Assembly (NCBI GenBank): GCA_038496445.1 | Contig: JALMLS010000332.1 | Coordinates: 186,001-250,000, forward strand | Source: Trichosphaerium sp. ATCC 40318 | Lineage: Eukaryota; Protista; Tubulinea | Direction: 5' to 3' | DNA length: 64,000 bases | Part shown: piece after piece, positions 13,969-28,141 of the stretch | Numbering within the stretch: position 1 is the first letter of the stretch | How the letters are laid out: each line of letters starts with the position of its first letter | Made by a program: the position numbers and the translations under genes | The notes under the pieces: generated by a model | Databases searched by the model: none | Seen by the model: only the letters and a program-made list of their open reading frames with translations | Told to the model about the DNA's origin: nothing

Positions 13969-14435
13969 TGTTATTTTAATTAGAGTTGTTGTTGTAGTTG
14001 GGATAGATTTGGTTTTATGATTTGTTTGAGAACACAGATTTTGTGAGTCCAACCAAACTTTATCGTAAATAATTTTTTCTGTTAATTTTCGTTCTAGGAT
14101 CCTGCGAAATATTCTTCATAGCTGTAAGGGCACTCTTACAACTGATACCGTATTTATTTACCAAACTATTATTCAGCGAAATGATAAGCTTTGAAACATT
14201 TTACTGTAAAAGTAGGGTATTGTAATGAGGATCCTGATCCCGATACTATTGGTAAAATAAGCGCTTGAAACGTATCGTAATTTCTGGCTAAAGGTGTATT
14301 TCTAGTTAACCTGTTATTGGCTGCCAGTTTTCTTTTTTTCAGTGCTTTTTGAAGTGGTTTTTCAGGGTTACGCTGGTACCCAGCCATAAAGAGCAGTGTA
14401 AAACATCTCATTCAATTGTTTTCAGTTCTACTTTG

Positions 14436-14565
14436 GCCGAACCTTCGGGAAGGCAATGTTAAAATTGGAACTATACTGAGAAGATTAGCATGGCCCCTTG
14501 TGAAAGGATGTTTTCGGTACTACTTTGGTGGAAGCTGTAAACAGCATCCTGACAAACTTTCTTTG
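14436..14565 (+). ncRNA. U6: U6 snRNA variant (ACUGAGA box, divergent 3' domain); 3' end uncertain
   Basis: 5' stem-loop with C-UUCG-G; AAAATTGGAACtATACtGAGAAGATTAGCATGGCCCCTtgtgaAAGGATG matches the U6 core (AGC triad 14487-14489, ISL). Confidence 0.85.
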
Positions 14566-14831
14566 TAAAGTAAAAACAATTCAATAGAACTTCAACACTT
14601 TATGTTTTTATTACAGCGAATATAGTACATTGTTTTACAATAACATCGTAAATTCAAGGTTGTAAATATTCTACGATTAATGGTATAATCAGCTTAAAGT
14701 GTAAATCCATGAAACGAAAATTAACAGAAAAAAATAGTTTACCGTAAACTGTTCTTGTTAAGTTTGTTTCTCAAACAAATCATAAAACCAAATCTATCCC
14801 AACTACAACAACAACTCTAATTAAAATAACA

Positions 14832-15245
14832 ATGAAAATAACTATACTTTTCGCCTTTGTCCTCATGGCATTGACTGTTGCCTTGGCGGTCCAATCTAAC
14901 GATATCAGTGAAAGAGCCAAAAGAGCAACTGAGGTAAGTCAACAGCGCTACTGCATAGTCCCTTCTACAAATGACTAACTCTATCATTTAGCAAGGACCA
15001 TTACTTTGTGGTGAATCATGTGATGAAAATGGATGGTGTCCTCCTGGATGGAGAAGACGTGGTCGTGAAAAACGTGGTCAATGTACGTGAACAAAAGAAA
15101 AGAGTATTCAAATGTTGATTGTACTTACTTTTCGTTTTTTAAAGGTTCAACTGCATACTGCTACCCTGGATCTCCATTATGTTTCCGTATCAGAAGTGAT
15201 AAATGGTGTTGCTGGAATGAAGCCGTTTGTGGTCAAACTTGCTGA
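14832..15245 (+). CDS. Secreted cysteine-rich peptide precursor, copy B (exons 14832-14933, 14992-15082, 15145-15245)
   Basis: Near-identical inverted copy of 13551-13968; differs by CGETC/CGESC plus synonymous changes. Confidence 0.85.
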
Positions 15246-15821
15246 GATGACCGTTTGAAACAACAATGTAGTGACATTGCTCACCTTTGTAAAAAACCTG
15301 TGTAATAAAAATTATTCACTCTAAGGCGCACTCAAGTGCTACTTGTCGTAAGTGGCGGTATCATTTTGATGATCTATAATATCTAAGCTTAGAGGCATAT
15401 AAAAAAAATCGTATAGCGTCAAGTAACTTCTATCAAAATCTCAGCGCTTTCACTAGGTAGTGGCACAAGTATGGCCGCTATACTTTGCTACTTTAACTTA
15501 ACGGAATGATTCGAAAAAAAGAGTCATATAAAGAACCTGACAGTATGCATACTATTTTCCAGAATGACATATACACGGTGGCTAAAGACAAGAAGAAAAA
15601 TATCTAAAACTAAAGTACAAATACTGTTACTTTAACTTCGGATTCAGGGATATTTGTAGGTACTATATTATTGAAGGTAGAAATACTAAATTAGCACTAT
15701 TACAGTACAGAAAATTGTACAGGCTACACAAAAAGAAGGGTGTAGTTTAACATCGAAATGAGGACTTCACTTTGCATTGTGACATGTCCAATAAATGCCT
15801 TTAAAGGTCATTGATACACCA

Positions 15822-16941
15822 TCATTTTAATTCTTCTTTTAGCTCCCCATTAATGAAATTACTATGGCCACACAATTCCCCATTGTCATGCCATATTTTG
15901 TATTCGCCTTCAAGTTTACCATTGATGTAATAACACTGCTCTTCCAATTGTCCATCGTCATACCTTTTCTTGTATTCTCCTTCTCTCTTGCCATTAATGT
16001 AATTACACTGCTCTTCCAATTGCCCATTGTCATACCATTTTTTGTATTCTCCTTCAAGCTTACCATCGATGTAATTACACTGCTCTTCCAATTGGCCATT
16101 GTCATGCCATCTCTTGCATTCTCCCTCAAGTTTATCATTGATGTAATTATACTGATCCCACATTTGGCCATTGTAATTCCAATTCTTGTATTCTCCGTTA
16201 AGTTCACCACCGATGTAATTACCATGGCTACATAATTGGCCATTGTCATGCCACCTCTTGTATTCTCCTTCTCTCTTATTGTTGATGTAATTACACTGAT
16301 CCCTCATTTGGCCATTGTAGTGCCAATTCTTGTATTCTCCTTCAAGTTCATCACTGATGTAATTACCATGGCTACGCAATTGGCCATTGTCATGCCATCT
16401 CTTGTATTCTCCTTCTTGTTTACCATTGATGTAATTGCTATTACTCTCTAATTGGCCATTGTAATTCCAATTCTTGTATTCTCCTTCAAGTTCATCACTG
16501 ATGTAATTACCATGGCTACGCAATTGGCCATTGTCATGCCATATTTTGTACTCGCCTTCAAGTTTACCATTGATGTAATTACACTGCTCTTCCAATCGGC
16601 CATTGCGATACCATTTAAGATATTCTCCATCTTGTACACCGTGCTTCCAGTAGGTTTGCTCTACAAGCTTGTTATTGATTTGTAGCTGCCATTTTCCATG
16701 CTTGTTCATCTCACTATCAAACCTTGTGGTTGTTGCCGCCTGTTTCGAAGTAAGCGGCCAAATTAAATACACGAATGAGTCCAAATCGATAATATCAAGT
16801 TGAATCTCAACTGGAAGGTCTAATAGACGACAATAGTCTGATTGCGCATTAAATCTCTACGTATTGGTTGTTAGGTAGTTCGTGTTGTTATTGTCAAGAT
16901 TATGATACCTTGTCTCCGTTAGTATTGCGATTAGTCAGCAT
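15822..16941 (-). CDS. F-box-like + MORN-variant (YwqK-type, 24-aa) repeat protein; short first exon 16909-16941
   Basis: Exon MLTNRNTNGDK splices in frame (gtatca...cgtag) to RFNAQSDYCRLLDLPVEIQLDIIDL, followed by ~11 repeats of GEYKxWHDNGQLEEQCNYINGKLE. Confidence 0.8.
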
Positions 16942-17331
16942 TGTGTACAAGAAAACAAAATAGTGAGTATCGCTTAGCGCAATACACGAGTCAACTTTGG
17001 TCTCTGGGGAAAAACACGTTCCAAAAACGCACGTTTTTAGCCTTATCTTACTTCAAACGAACAGTACGCGGTAGGCTGCATATTATGGAAGAAAGCAAAA
17101 GGATGTACTAAACAAGCGTTTAAAGCAGACGCTATGAACCAAAGGTAAACTATAGAACGGAATATCTAGATGCTCTAGTCATCCTAAGAACCATTAAAAA
17201 TGACAGAAAACATTCCAAACAAAATTAAGCTTAATGAGTTAACAAAATTCTCGCTTTACCTGTGGAGAACACAACCAAGGTTCACTACTTTTCATAACAA
17301 AACTTGGTGTCTGTTATGTAAAACAGTTCGA

Positions 17332-17388
17332 AGAAATCACGTGTTTTGGCGGGTTTTTTTGTCTTTGAACAAGAAATCACGTGTTTTA
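17332..17388. promoter_or_regulatory. Tandem E-box-like elements (AGAAATCACGTGTTTT x2) between the divergent F-box genes
   Basis: Exact 16-bp direct repeat with a CACGTG core, 40 bp apart, followed by degenerate copies up to ~17473. Confidence 0.45.
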
Positions 17389-17549
17389 TTTCTTCGAAAA
17401 GTGACATTTTTAGTCCATCACTTGTGCAAATCTTGGACGTGTTTTTCATACTCTTTATGTTCTCCACGTTTTTGAACTGCGAGATGTTACAAGCTTCAAA
17501 TTTGTAGTGCTTGTTGGTATCGTTCTAAAATACTGATAGTGCCAAAACG

Positions 17550-18791
17550 ATGTTATTGGATATACCTATTGAGATTCTAGCTAGAATTTTAGAAAATACG
17601 ACAAAAGATCGATTTGCAGCTTGTCAAACATGTCGTCTCTTTTCTTCTATTATTCACGACATCATTGGATACAGTAGTATACGCATAAGAACAGAAGAAC
17701 AAGCAAAACAAGTTGTCAAACATAAAGGGATCATGAAACACACAAAAATCGAGTTAGTGAGTGATAGAGAAACCAAGTTTCCTTCTGACAAACTTCTCGA
17801 ACAATTCAAAGGAGTGCATAACATTGCTCTTTGCAGTAGTTTTGTATCAGCTGAAGGTATTAAATGGCTTGCTGGAGTGCACACTATTGACCTTTTTGAT
17901 TCTGATGTTGATGATCAATGTGTCCAATTACTTGCTGGCGTTCATGAAATTTGTCTTGGAAAAGCCAAGTACCGACTGGCAGATAAAGTGGTTATTAAAA
18001 GTATAAAAGTAGTTACAGATGAAGGTGTTAAAGCACTTGCTGGAGTCCACACAATTGATCTTCAATACACTCAAGTTACAGACGAAGGTGTACAAGCCCT
18101 TGCTGGGGTTCATTCAATTAATCTTAGTGGTACGCAAGTGACAGACGAAGGAGTTAAAGCGCTTGCCAGAGTGCATACTATTCAATTGAGTGAATGTTAT
18201 AATGTCACAGATGAAGGTATAAAAGCGCTTGCTGGAGTTCATGAAATTGACCTTTCCGTATGTCCTAAAGTGACAGTTGAAGGTATTAGAGCACTCGCTG
18301 GCGTGCATACAATTGACCTCAGCTACACACATGTAACTGATGAAGTGCTTCAAAGTCTTGTTGGTGTACACACAATTAACCTCATTGGTAGTACAAATCG
18401 TATTACTATTGATGGAATCAAGGCGCTCAAAGATGTTCACAAGATTGAACTTTCTGATCCAAAGGATTTGTGGCTTAAACAACTTTGCAATGTGCACACA
18501 GTTTATATTTATGCACGTACCAATACAACCGATGATGGTATCAAAGCGTTGATAAATGTCAAATGCCTTCATCTGCTTAATTGCCCTAAGATATCAGACT
18601 TGGGTCTGAAGACATTAGTCAACCTTGAACATCTCTCGCTTGGGGGATGTTCGAAGATAACAAATGATTGTTTGAAACATCTTAAATCTCTGAAAAGTGT
18701 TACTATTACATTTATGATTTCTAAAGTAACAAAAGAGGCTGTTGAATCATTGGGTATTCAGTATATTAAGTTTTCTTTTGCAAGGAAGTGA
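17550..18791 (+). CDS. F-box/LRR protein (intronless)
   Basis: N-terminal LLDIPIEILARIL...AACQTCRLF; LRRs LAGVHTIDLxxTxVTDEGVKA. Confidence 0.88.
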   Translation: MLLDIPIEILARILENTTKDRFAACQTCRLFSSIIHDIIGYSSIRIRTEEQAKQVVKHKGIMKHTKIELVSDRETKFPSDKLLEQFKGVHNIALCSSFVSAEGIKWLAGVHTIDLFDSDVDDQCVQLLAGVHEICLGKAKYRLADKVVIKSIKVVTDEGVKALAGVHTIDLQYTQVTDEGVQALAGVHSINLSGTQVTDEGVKALARVHTIQLSECYNVTDEGIKALAGVHEIDLSVCPKVTVEGIRALAGVHTIDLSYTHVTDEVLQSLVGVHTINLIGSTNRITIDGIKALKDVHKIELSDPKDLWLKQLCNVHTVYIYARTNTTDDGIKALINVKCLHLLNCPKISDLGLKTLVNLEHLSLGGCSKITNDCLKHLKSLKSVTITFMISKVTKEAVESLGIQYIKFSFARK

Positions 18792-19172
18792 GCTTAATTG
18801 TTTTGTAATTCATGCAATAAATGTAGTCAACACTGGGTTTGCCCAGATCTTTCTAAGTGAGTACACTTCTTGTAAACATAGGGAGGATGTGTTGTATTTC
18901 CTCAAATGTTCCTTGAATGAGTTGATGAGAGATGTTACATCACGTGTTCAAGTGGTTTTCACAAGTCTGCCCGACCACAAACAACTTCATCCCTGCTACA
19001 CGATTTGCCAACGTTAGTTGTTTTCTAGCACGTCAGACCACAAGCAGACGTGGTTTTTTTGTGGTAAAAATTTGTTGCTTAGGCCCATCGTTAAGTGAGC
19101 ACATGTAGCTTGCTGACACTTCATTAAACAACATATTGGAGTACCCAACAGACGCTTGTTGCTAAAAACGGC

Positions 19173-22807
<3,635 letters not shown>

Positions 22808-23828
22808 GGAGCCCTAGTGGTGTAGCAAGCAGCTACTACGTTGTTGGTTGTTCATTGTATGTACATAATAAAAAGAATGCTTTACAAAAATCGTCCCACT
22901 TCACCAATAAAAAAAAAAGAACGAAATATTGTCCAATGGATACTACACAAATAAAGGGCTTCCAGAGCGAAAAATGACTGAAACGGATAATAGTTTATTT
23001 GCAATTTTTTATTGTCCTTATCATTCAAGTTTGCTAATCTTTGCAACTTTTTGCTGTTTGTGACTTTTGGTTTTCGTGTTTAGTCAGATCTGACAGATCT
23101 TGCAACTTCTGTTAGTTCTTACTGAACTGACAATTTTGCTAGAACTAGGTGGGCGGAAAAATCATGAATTTGCAGTGGACCACGTGATTTTCAAAACATA
23201 TTTATTTTATTTTACATTTTTAGTTCGTTTACATGGCGTACGTACCATAATCTCGCCTCCAGAGATACTTTAAGCGATTTTGGAATTAATATTTACGGTT
23301 AGAACGCGACCTTCGCTCACAAAATGTCATCCACATTAGTGGATTTTGCCTCAGAAACAGTAGAAAATCTCTTCTCTGCTATATTCCGTGTTACAATTAG
23401 TTGACATTGCGTACTTTGTACAAAACGACGCAAGCTGAACCGAAATAAGGACTAGAGCATACACGAAAGCGTCTTTCGGCTTCCTTAGGCAGAGTGACAT
23501 AGTGCTATTGCTGTCTTCTTAGGTGGCTATGTAAGAGTTAAAATGTAACACTTCTTCACCGAATGTTTTTCTTCTCTTTATCCGCTGTTCATGAACTCAC
23601 GGAAATAGCTTATACAACCGCACTTGCGTACGTGTAGTGAAACCTCTACAGAGAGATAACCAGTGGCAAGTTTGGTTCAACTCAACGGGACAAGAGCGCT
23701 GTTACATCTTTTAATCGAATTTGACGTGTCGAATACACAACGCAGTGTCAGACACATAGATATAATCGCATCTGTCAGATGAGGTGATACTTTCTTCCGA
23801 GATTAATGACATGTAGGCCGCAACATTT

Positions 23829-23907
23829 TAATCATTGAAACCTAAACAAAGCAGAATCACTTAACATTGTAATCATTGAAACCTAAATAAAGCAGAATCA
23901 TTTAACT
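23829..23907 (+). repeat. Tandem direct repeat, 2 copies with ~41-bp period, just upstream of an F-box/LRR gene
   Basis: TAATCATTGAAACCTAAA(C/T)AAAGCAGAATCA(C/T)TTAAC occurs twice. Confidence 0.85.
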
Positions 23908-23967
23908 GTCAACTCAGTCACAACAGCTCTTACACGCAAGGCCTTGCTTATCATATTTTGAACAACA

Positions 23968-25131
23968 ATGAACCGAAATAGTGCATTCTTTGATGAAATC
24001 CCAGTTGAAATCATTGTACACATTCTACGCTTCATTTCAGTGGAAGCTACACAGACGGTTGCGCTTACATCGAAACTATTATTAAATACCGCTATAAATC
24101 ACTTTGGATATGAATACAACACTGCTCGAACCATAAGCATCGGAACGCAGGAAGAGCTCAAAAAACTGTATCACCAAGCACCACTTCTCATTAAAAAACA
24201 TAATCTTTATGTTAGTTTCAAACTCAAACAAAAGCACTTAAAGTACCTTAAAGGAGCATTTCATCTTACAATATGTGACCTGGGTGCTGTTAATTTTAGT
24301 GGATTTAAGGCAAACAGCATTGATTTCAGCATGTGTTGTTATAATGTTGCTGATAAACATGTTAAGCACCTTGCTGGAACTCAAAAGATTGATCTTTCGC
24401 ACACATCAATAACAGATAAGGCGATCAAGGCGTTGGCTGGAGTTCATACAATCTGCTTGAAGGGTTGTAGTGTTATAACTGATAAGGGTATTAAAGCATT
24501 GGCTGGAGTTCATACAATCTGCTTAAAGGGTTGTAGTGGTATAACTGATAAGGGTATTAAGGCATTGGCTGGAGTTCATACAATTAACCTTTATAATACA
24601 AAAGTAACAGATGAAGGTGTTAAGGCATTGGCTGGTGTTCATAAAATCAATCTTGCTAGTACAAAAGTAACAGACAAAGGTGTTAAAGCATTAGCTGGGG
24701 TGCATACAATTGATCTGACCAATTTGGAGATTACGGATGAGGGTATTAAAGCGTTGGCTGGTGTACACACAATTGATCTTGGAAACACTACAGTATCAGA
24801 TGAAGGTGTTAAAGCATTAGCTGGAGTTCACAGTATCGGCTTGTATTTATGCGTAAATGTTACAGATGATGGTATTAAGGCATTGGCTGGAGTTCATACA
24901 ATCGACCTTCATTGTACAAAAGTTACAGATGACGGTGTTGAGGCATTGGCTGGCGTTCATACAATTGACCTTGCTCATACAAAAGTAACAGACAAAGGTA
25001 TTAAGGCAATCTATGGTGTTCATACAATTAACCTTGAAGGCAAAATTAGCAAAAATAGAACACGAAGCGAGATTAAAGCATTATCTGGTGCTCATAATAC
25101 TGTTTTTTGTTATTGTATAGATTTCGCATAA
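23968..25131 (+). CDS. F-box/LRR protein (intronless)
   Basis: FDEIPVEIIVHILRFI...VALTSK F-box-like; ~11 LAGVHTIxL LRRs. Confidence 0.88.
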   Translation: MNRNSAFFDEIPVEIIVHILRFISVEATQTVALTSKLLLNTAINHFGYEYNTARTISIGTQEELKKLYHQAPLLIKKHNLYVSFKLKQKHLKYLKGAFHLTICDLGAVNFSGFKANSIDFSMCCYNVADKHVKHLAGTQKIDLSHTSITDKAIKALAGVHTICLKGCSVITDKGIKALAGVHTICLKGCSGITDKGIKALAGVHTINLYNTKVTDEGVKALAGVHKINLASTKVTDKGVKALAGVHTIDLTNLEITDEGIKALAGVHTIDLGNTTVSDEGVKALAGVHSIGLYLCVNVTDDGIKALAGVHTIDLHCTKVTDDGVEALAGVHTIDLAHTKVTDKGIKAIYGVHTINLEGKISKNRTRSEIKALSGAHNTVFCYCIDFA

Positions 25132-25892
25132 CGTTGTAGAGCATTAGTTTTAGTTAGGTATAGAAGCGATTTCGTGGTGCTTTAGAATAGTGTTTGTAAA
25201 AACAACATCTAATAAATATCAAAACATGACAACATTGTTAGCCAGTACAATAAACTTACTCTTTTTGTTGTACAAAAAGAAGCATGATTCATCTTCGTGA
25301 CTGTATTCTGTCAAGCGAATCAATATTTATCCACATCTCAACAGTAATATAGCTATACCATTATGGAGTAATTAACGTGAGCATAAAAGCAGAAGGTCAC
25401 GTGCGTGCTACAAATCGCGAGCGGCCGTTGAAAAAGTACGCGTTACGTTAAAATAAAATAGCAATATTTCAGGTCAAATCCTGACACCTCAAGGCAAAGA
25501 CAAGATATGGGCAAGGTCACGCAGCGGCAAACCCGTGACTTATGTGCAAGCCGTTTAACGGCCTCTGGAGAATAGTACAAGACTTAACTTGAACTGTACT
25601 TTACCCAATAATACAATACACCATCGTGAAGTAAACTCGTTTTATTTGTTTGTATCTTGACTTCTGGCATTTCAACCAAATAAGGTTTTACCAGCAACTT
25701 AGTTTGTAATCAAACGTGATTTTAGACGAACGAGCACAAGTATCTCCGGGAATATTATGAAGTATGTATGATGCCATACTCACAAGTCGGGTAAAAACGC
25801 AAAACTAGACTTACAGTGATTGGGACAGTTAGTGAGGACAGGAAAAGAAAAGTAGAAAACTGTTTTACAATTTATTTTATTTAATTTATATT

Positions 25893-26883
25893 TTACAAAG
25901 AACAAGCCCATACTACTGCGTCTACATGTATTGCAAATTCCATAGAATCTAACCGTAATACCTCTGTTTTATCATTACTAGTCCATGTCCAATTTATATA
26001 AGGCTTTTGGTTTATAAATTTTCTTGTCTCTAACCAAACTTCTCTCCATCTTTTCTGCTCTTCTTTTAATGGTTTAAAACGCCATGTCCTACCTTTCTTA
26101 CGTGTATCAAGCATTTCAACCCACCTGAAATAAAAAAAATCCGTTAATCATAAACCGTCAACTAGTAAACAAGAAGCAGTCAAAGCACGAAGATAACTTC
26201 AAAACAAAAAAAAACGTGATAATTCTAAAAATGGGTAAAATCAGGTAATGAGTTTCTCCTTCAAAGTAGTTTTTTTGAGTCTACGAGCTATTACCTTGAT
26301 AAAGATCTGTATGTGCTGTATGAATTAACCGCACGTTTTGCCTTTTCCGAAGTGAAAATATTAAGACCGAGCATGAAAGCCCCGTGATCGCTATAAATGG
26401 GTAAGAAGTTGTAATAAGAACACAAAAGATTTCGAACGAAAGAAAAAAGATCTGATCGTACTATCGTACATTACGATATACCCATTACCAAAAGGGCATG
26501 GTGTTACGCCAATACAAAGGCTTATAACCATACATAGAGCATATAAAACGGGGCGAGTGTTACGACCAAATACCTTCTGAAATTCTTGCCTGTAAGTTAT
26601 TCGAAAGAGCTGAAAGGGGTCCTAAAATCAATGATTAGAGAAAGTCTCATGGTTTGGGTGTGAAGAGGTAGTTCTGTATCAACACATTTTTAAGTGAGCG
26701 ATAACATAAACCAGCAAAAAAAACTCTTTGTAGAGTTTTTAATTACGTACAAAGTCTTTTCGTGTCACGTTATTAAGAGATAGTTTTGGAGGATTTATAA
26801 CATCTTTAATTTCGTTAAAGCTTGGAAATATCATATCTTGTAGTTTTAGAACTGTGCAAAACTGCCCAACAGGGGCACTCATT
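25893..26883 (-). CDS. Hypothetical protein, ~4 exons
   Basis: MSAPVGQFCTVLKL... joined via GT-AG introns to a final exon ...RWREVWLETRKF...DAVVWACSL*; no recognised motif. Confidence 0.55.
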
Positions 26884-28141
26884 TTTGTCTTTAGGGTGAT
26901 GCGATGCGAGACGATTGAATTTTTTACACAAATAAAAAAAAGAGAACAAAAAAAAACAAAAAAAAATTCAAACATGTGCTTACGATCGAGCGTCTCTCGG
27001 TAGAGGGAGATGGGAAAGAAGTTCCTTTTGTAACGTGACGTCAACACTATATTCTCGAAAGATTTGGGCTCTTATTCAAACACCAAGACCCTAAAGAAAC
27101 GATGTAAAAAGGTAAGCCTAAAATATCTTCGAAACTACAAAACTGCTACAATTTTAATCTTGAAAAGGGAAAAAGTGTCACTATTTTGTTGTTAGTTGGT
27201 ATTTTCTTTTTTTGTGCTCGTTTAAACGCATGTACGAAAAAAATCACGTTTTAAACTTTTGGATATCGACATTAGCAAAAAAGTATGTCGACAACTTAAT
27301 GATTAAACGAACCTTGAGAATCCCTTTTTGATACCAAAAAATTTTATGTTCACTACTGACTTTTCTTTAGAACCTCGCCTCACGCCTTATCAGAATCGCT
27401 CTGCGCGAATGAAGTAGTTTTTTAGTGTGACCAAGGTAATAAAAAAGACATTTAGATACAGAAATTTAGAGGTAGCTCTCCGTAGCTATTTCTCTAATGA
27501 ACAATGTTTTCTGTTTTGATGACGCCAACTCTGAACTAGCGCACAAGTTAGTTTTAAATAATCTACTTGTCAGGCTTACTTCGTGTATATCACGTGCACC
27601 AAGGAATCTACTCATCACGTATAAATACCGGTAATACGTGCTATACGAACAAGTGGTTTAGGACGCATAAACAACTGAGGGTTTAGATTGAGCAAGCTTT
27701 GGGTGTAATTTCATGGGAGGTTAAGATTTTCGACTGAGCACGACTTTTCCTACCCTTATTTCATGCAAAACCCAATGTAGTACTGAGACGTTGGAACAAG
27801 TATGTGCACGCCACGGTATATCACCACAACCACGAACTATGTGATGACATGGGTTTGAGCCAGAAATCTCCGAAATTGTTCTGTAACCATATGGTAAACT
27901 GAGCATTAAGGGGCGCTCTATTTTATCAATCTTATATGATACCATTGGCAGCGGAACACTATGTGCTGAATAGAATGAGTTTGACACTTGCTATTCTGTT
28001 TACAGTAATTTGATATCGGAATAGCCACTGTGATCAGTGAACTTAAGCTCACCGGCTCAAAACATGTTATTTGTTGATGACATTGTTTGAGAAAGTACTT
28101 CTTAGCTTATGAGTAAAACCTTTGCTTGGTAGGACCCTAAT

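Larger units (their letters stand above)
13549..15247. repeat. Inverted duplication: arms ~13549-14033 and ~14766-15247 around a ~730-bp spacer containing the U6 variant
   Basis: Direct reverse-complement match of 5' UTR, exons and most of intron 2. Confidence 0.92.

Noticed and set aside
14505-14553. Possible intron or insertion inside U6 (removing 14510-14550 restores AAGGATGAC)
   Set aside because: The segment does not end in AG, and the ISL can pair without removing it; kept only as an alternative reading
14992-15022. GPLLCGE(T/S)C resembles the cyclotide kalata B1 motif GLPVCGETC
   Set aside because: Remaining Cys spacing and count (10 vs 6) do not fit a cyclotide; probably coincidence
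15243-15308. Open frame continuing after the TGA of peptide copy B (possible selenocysteine or readthrough)
   Set aside because: Not conserved in copy A, which has further in-frame stops; no clear SECIS
15822-16640. Regular DNA repeats here and in the LRR genes, as possible CRISPR arrays
   Set aside because: The period is a multiple of 3 within open ORFs, there are no unique spacers or cas genes, and the context is eukaryotic
15839-16685. Long hydrophobic ORFs on the + strand and alternate-frame ORFs over the MORN repeats
   Set aside because: Shadow frames of the 72-bp repeat array; the minus-strand frame has the recognisable repeat
17654-18572. Antisense ORFs within F-box/LRR genes (also 56744-57004 and 57644-57925)
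   Set aside because: By-products of the repetitive sense-strand codon pattern
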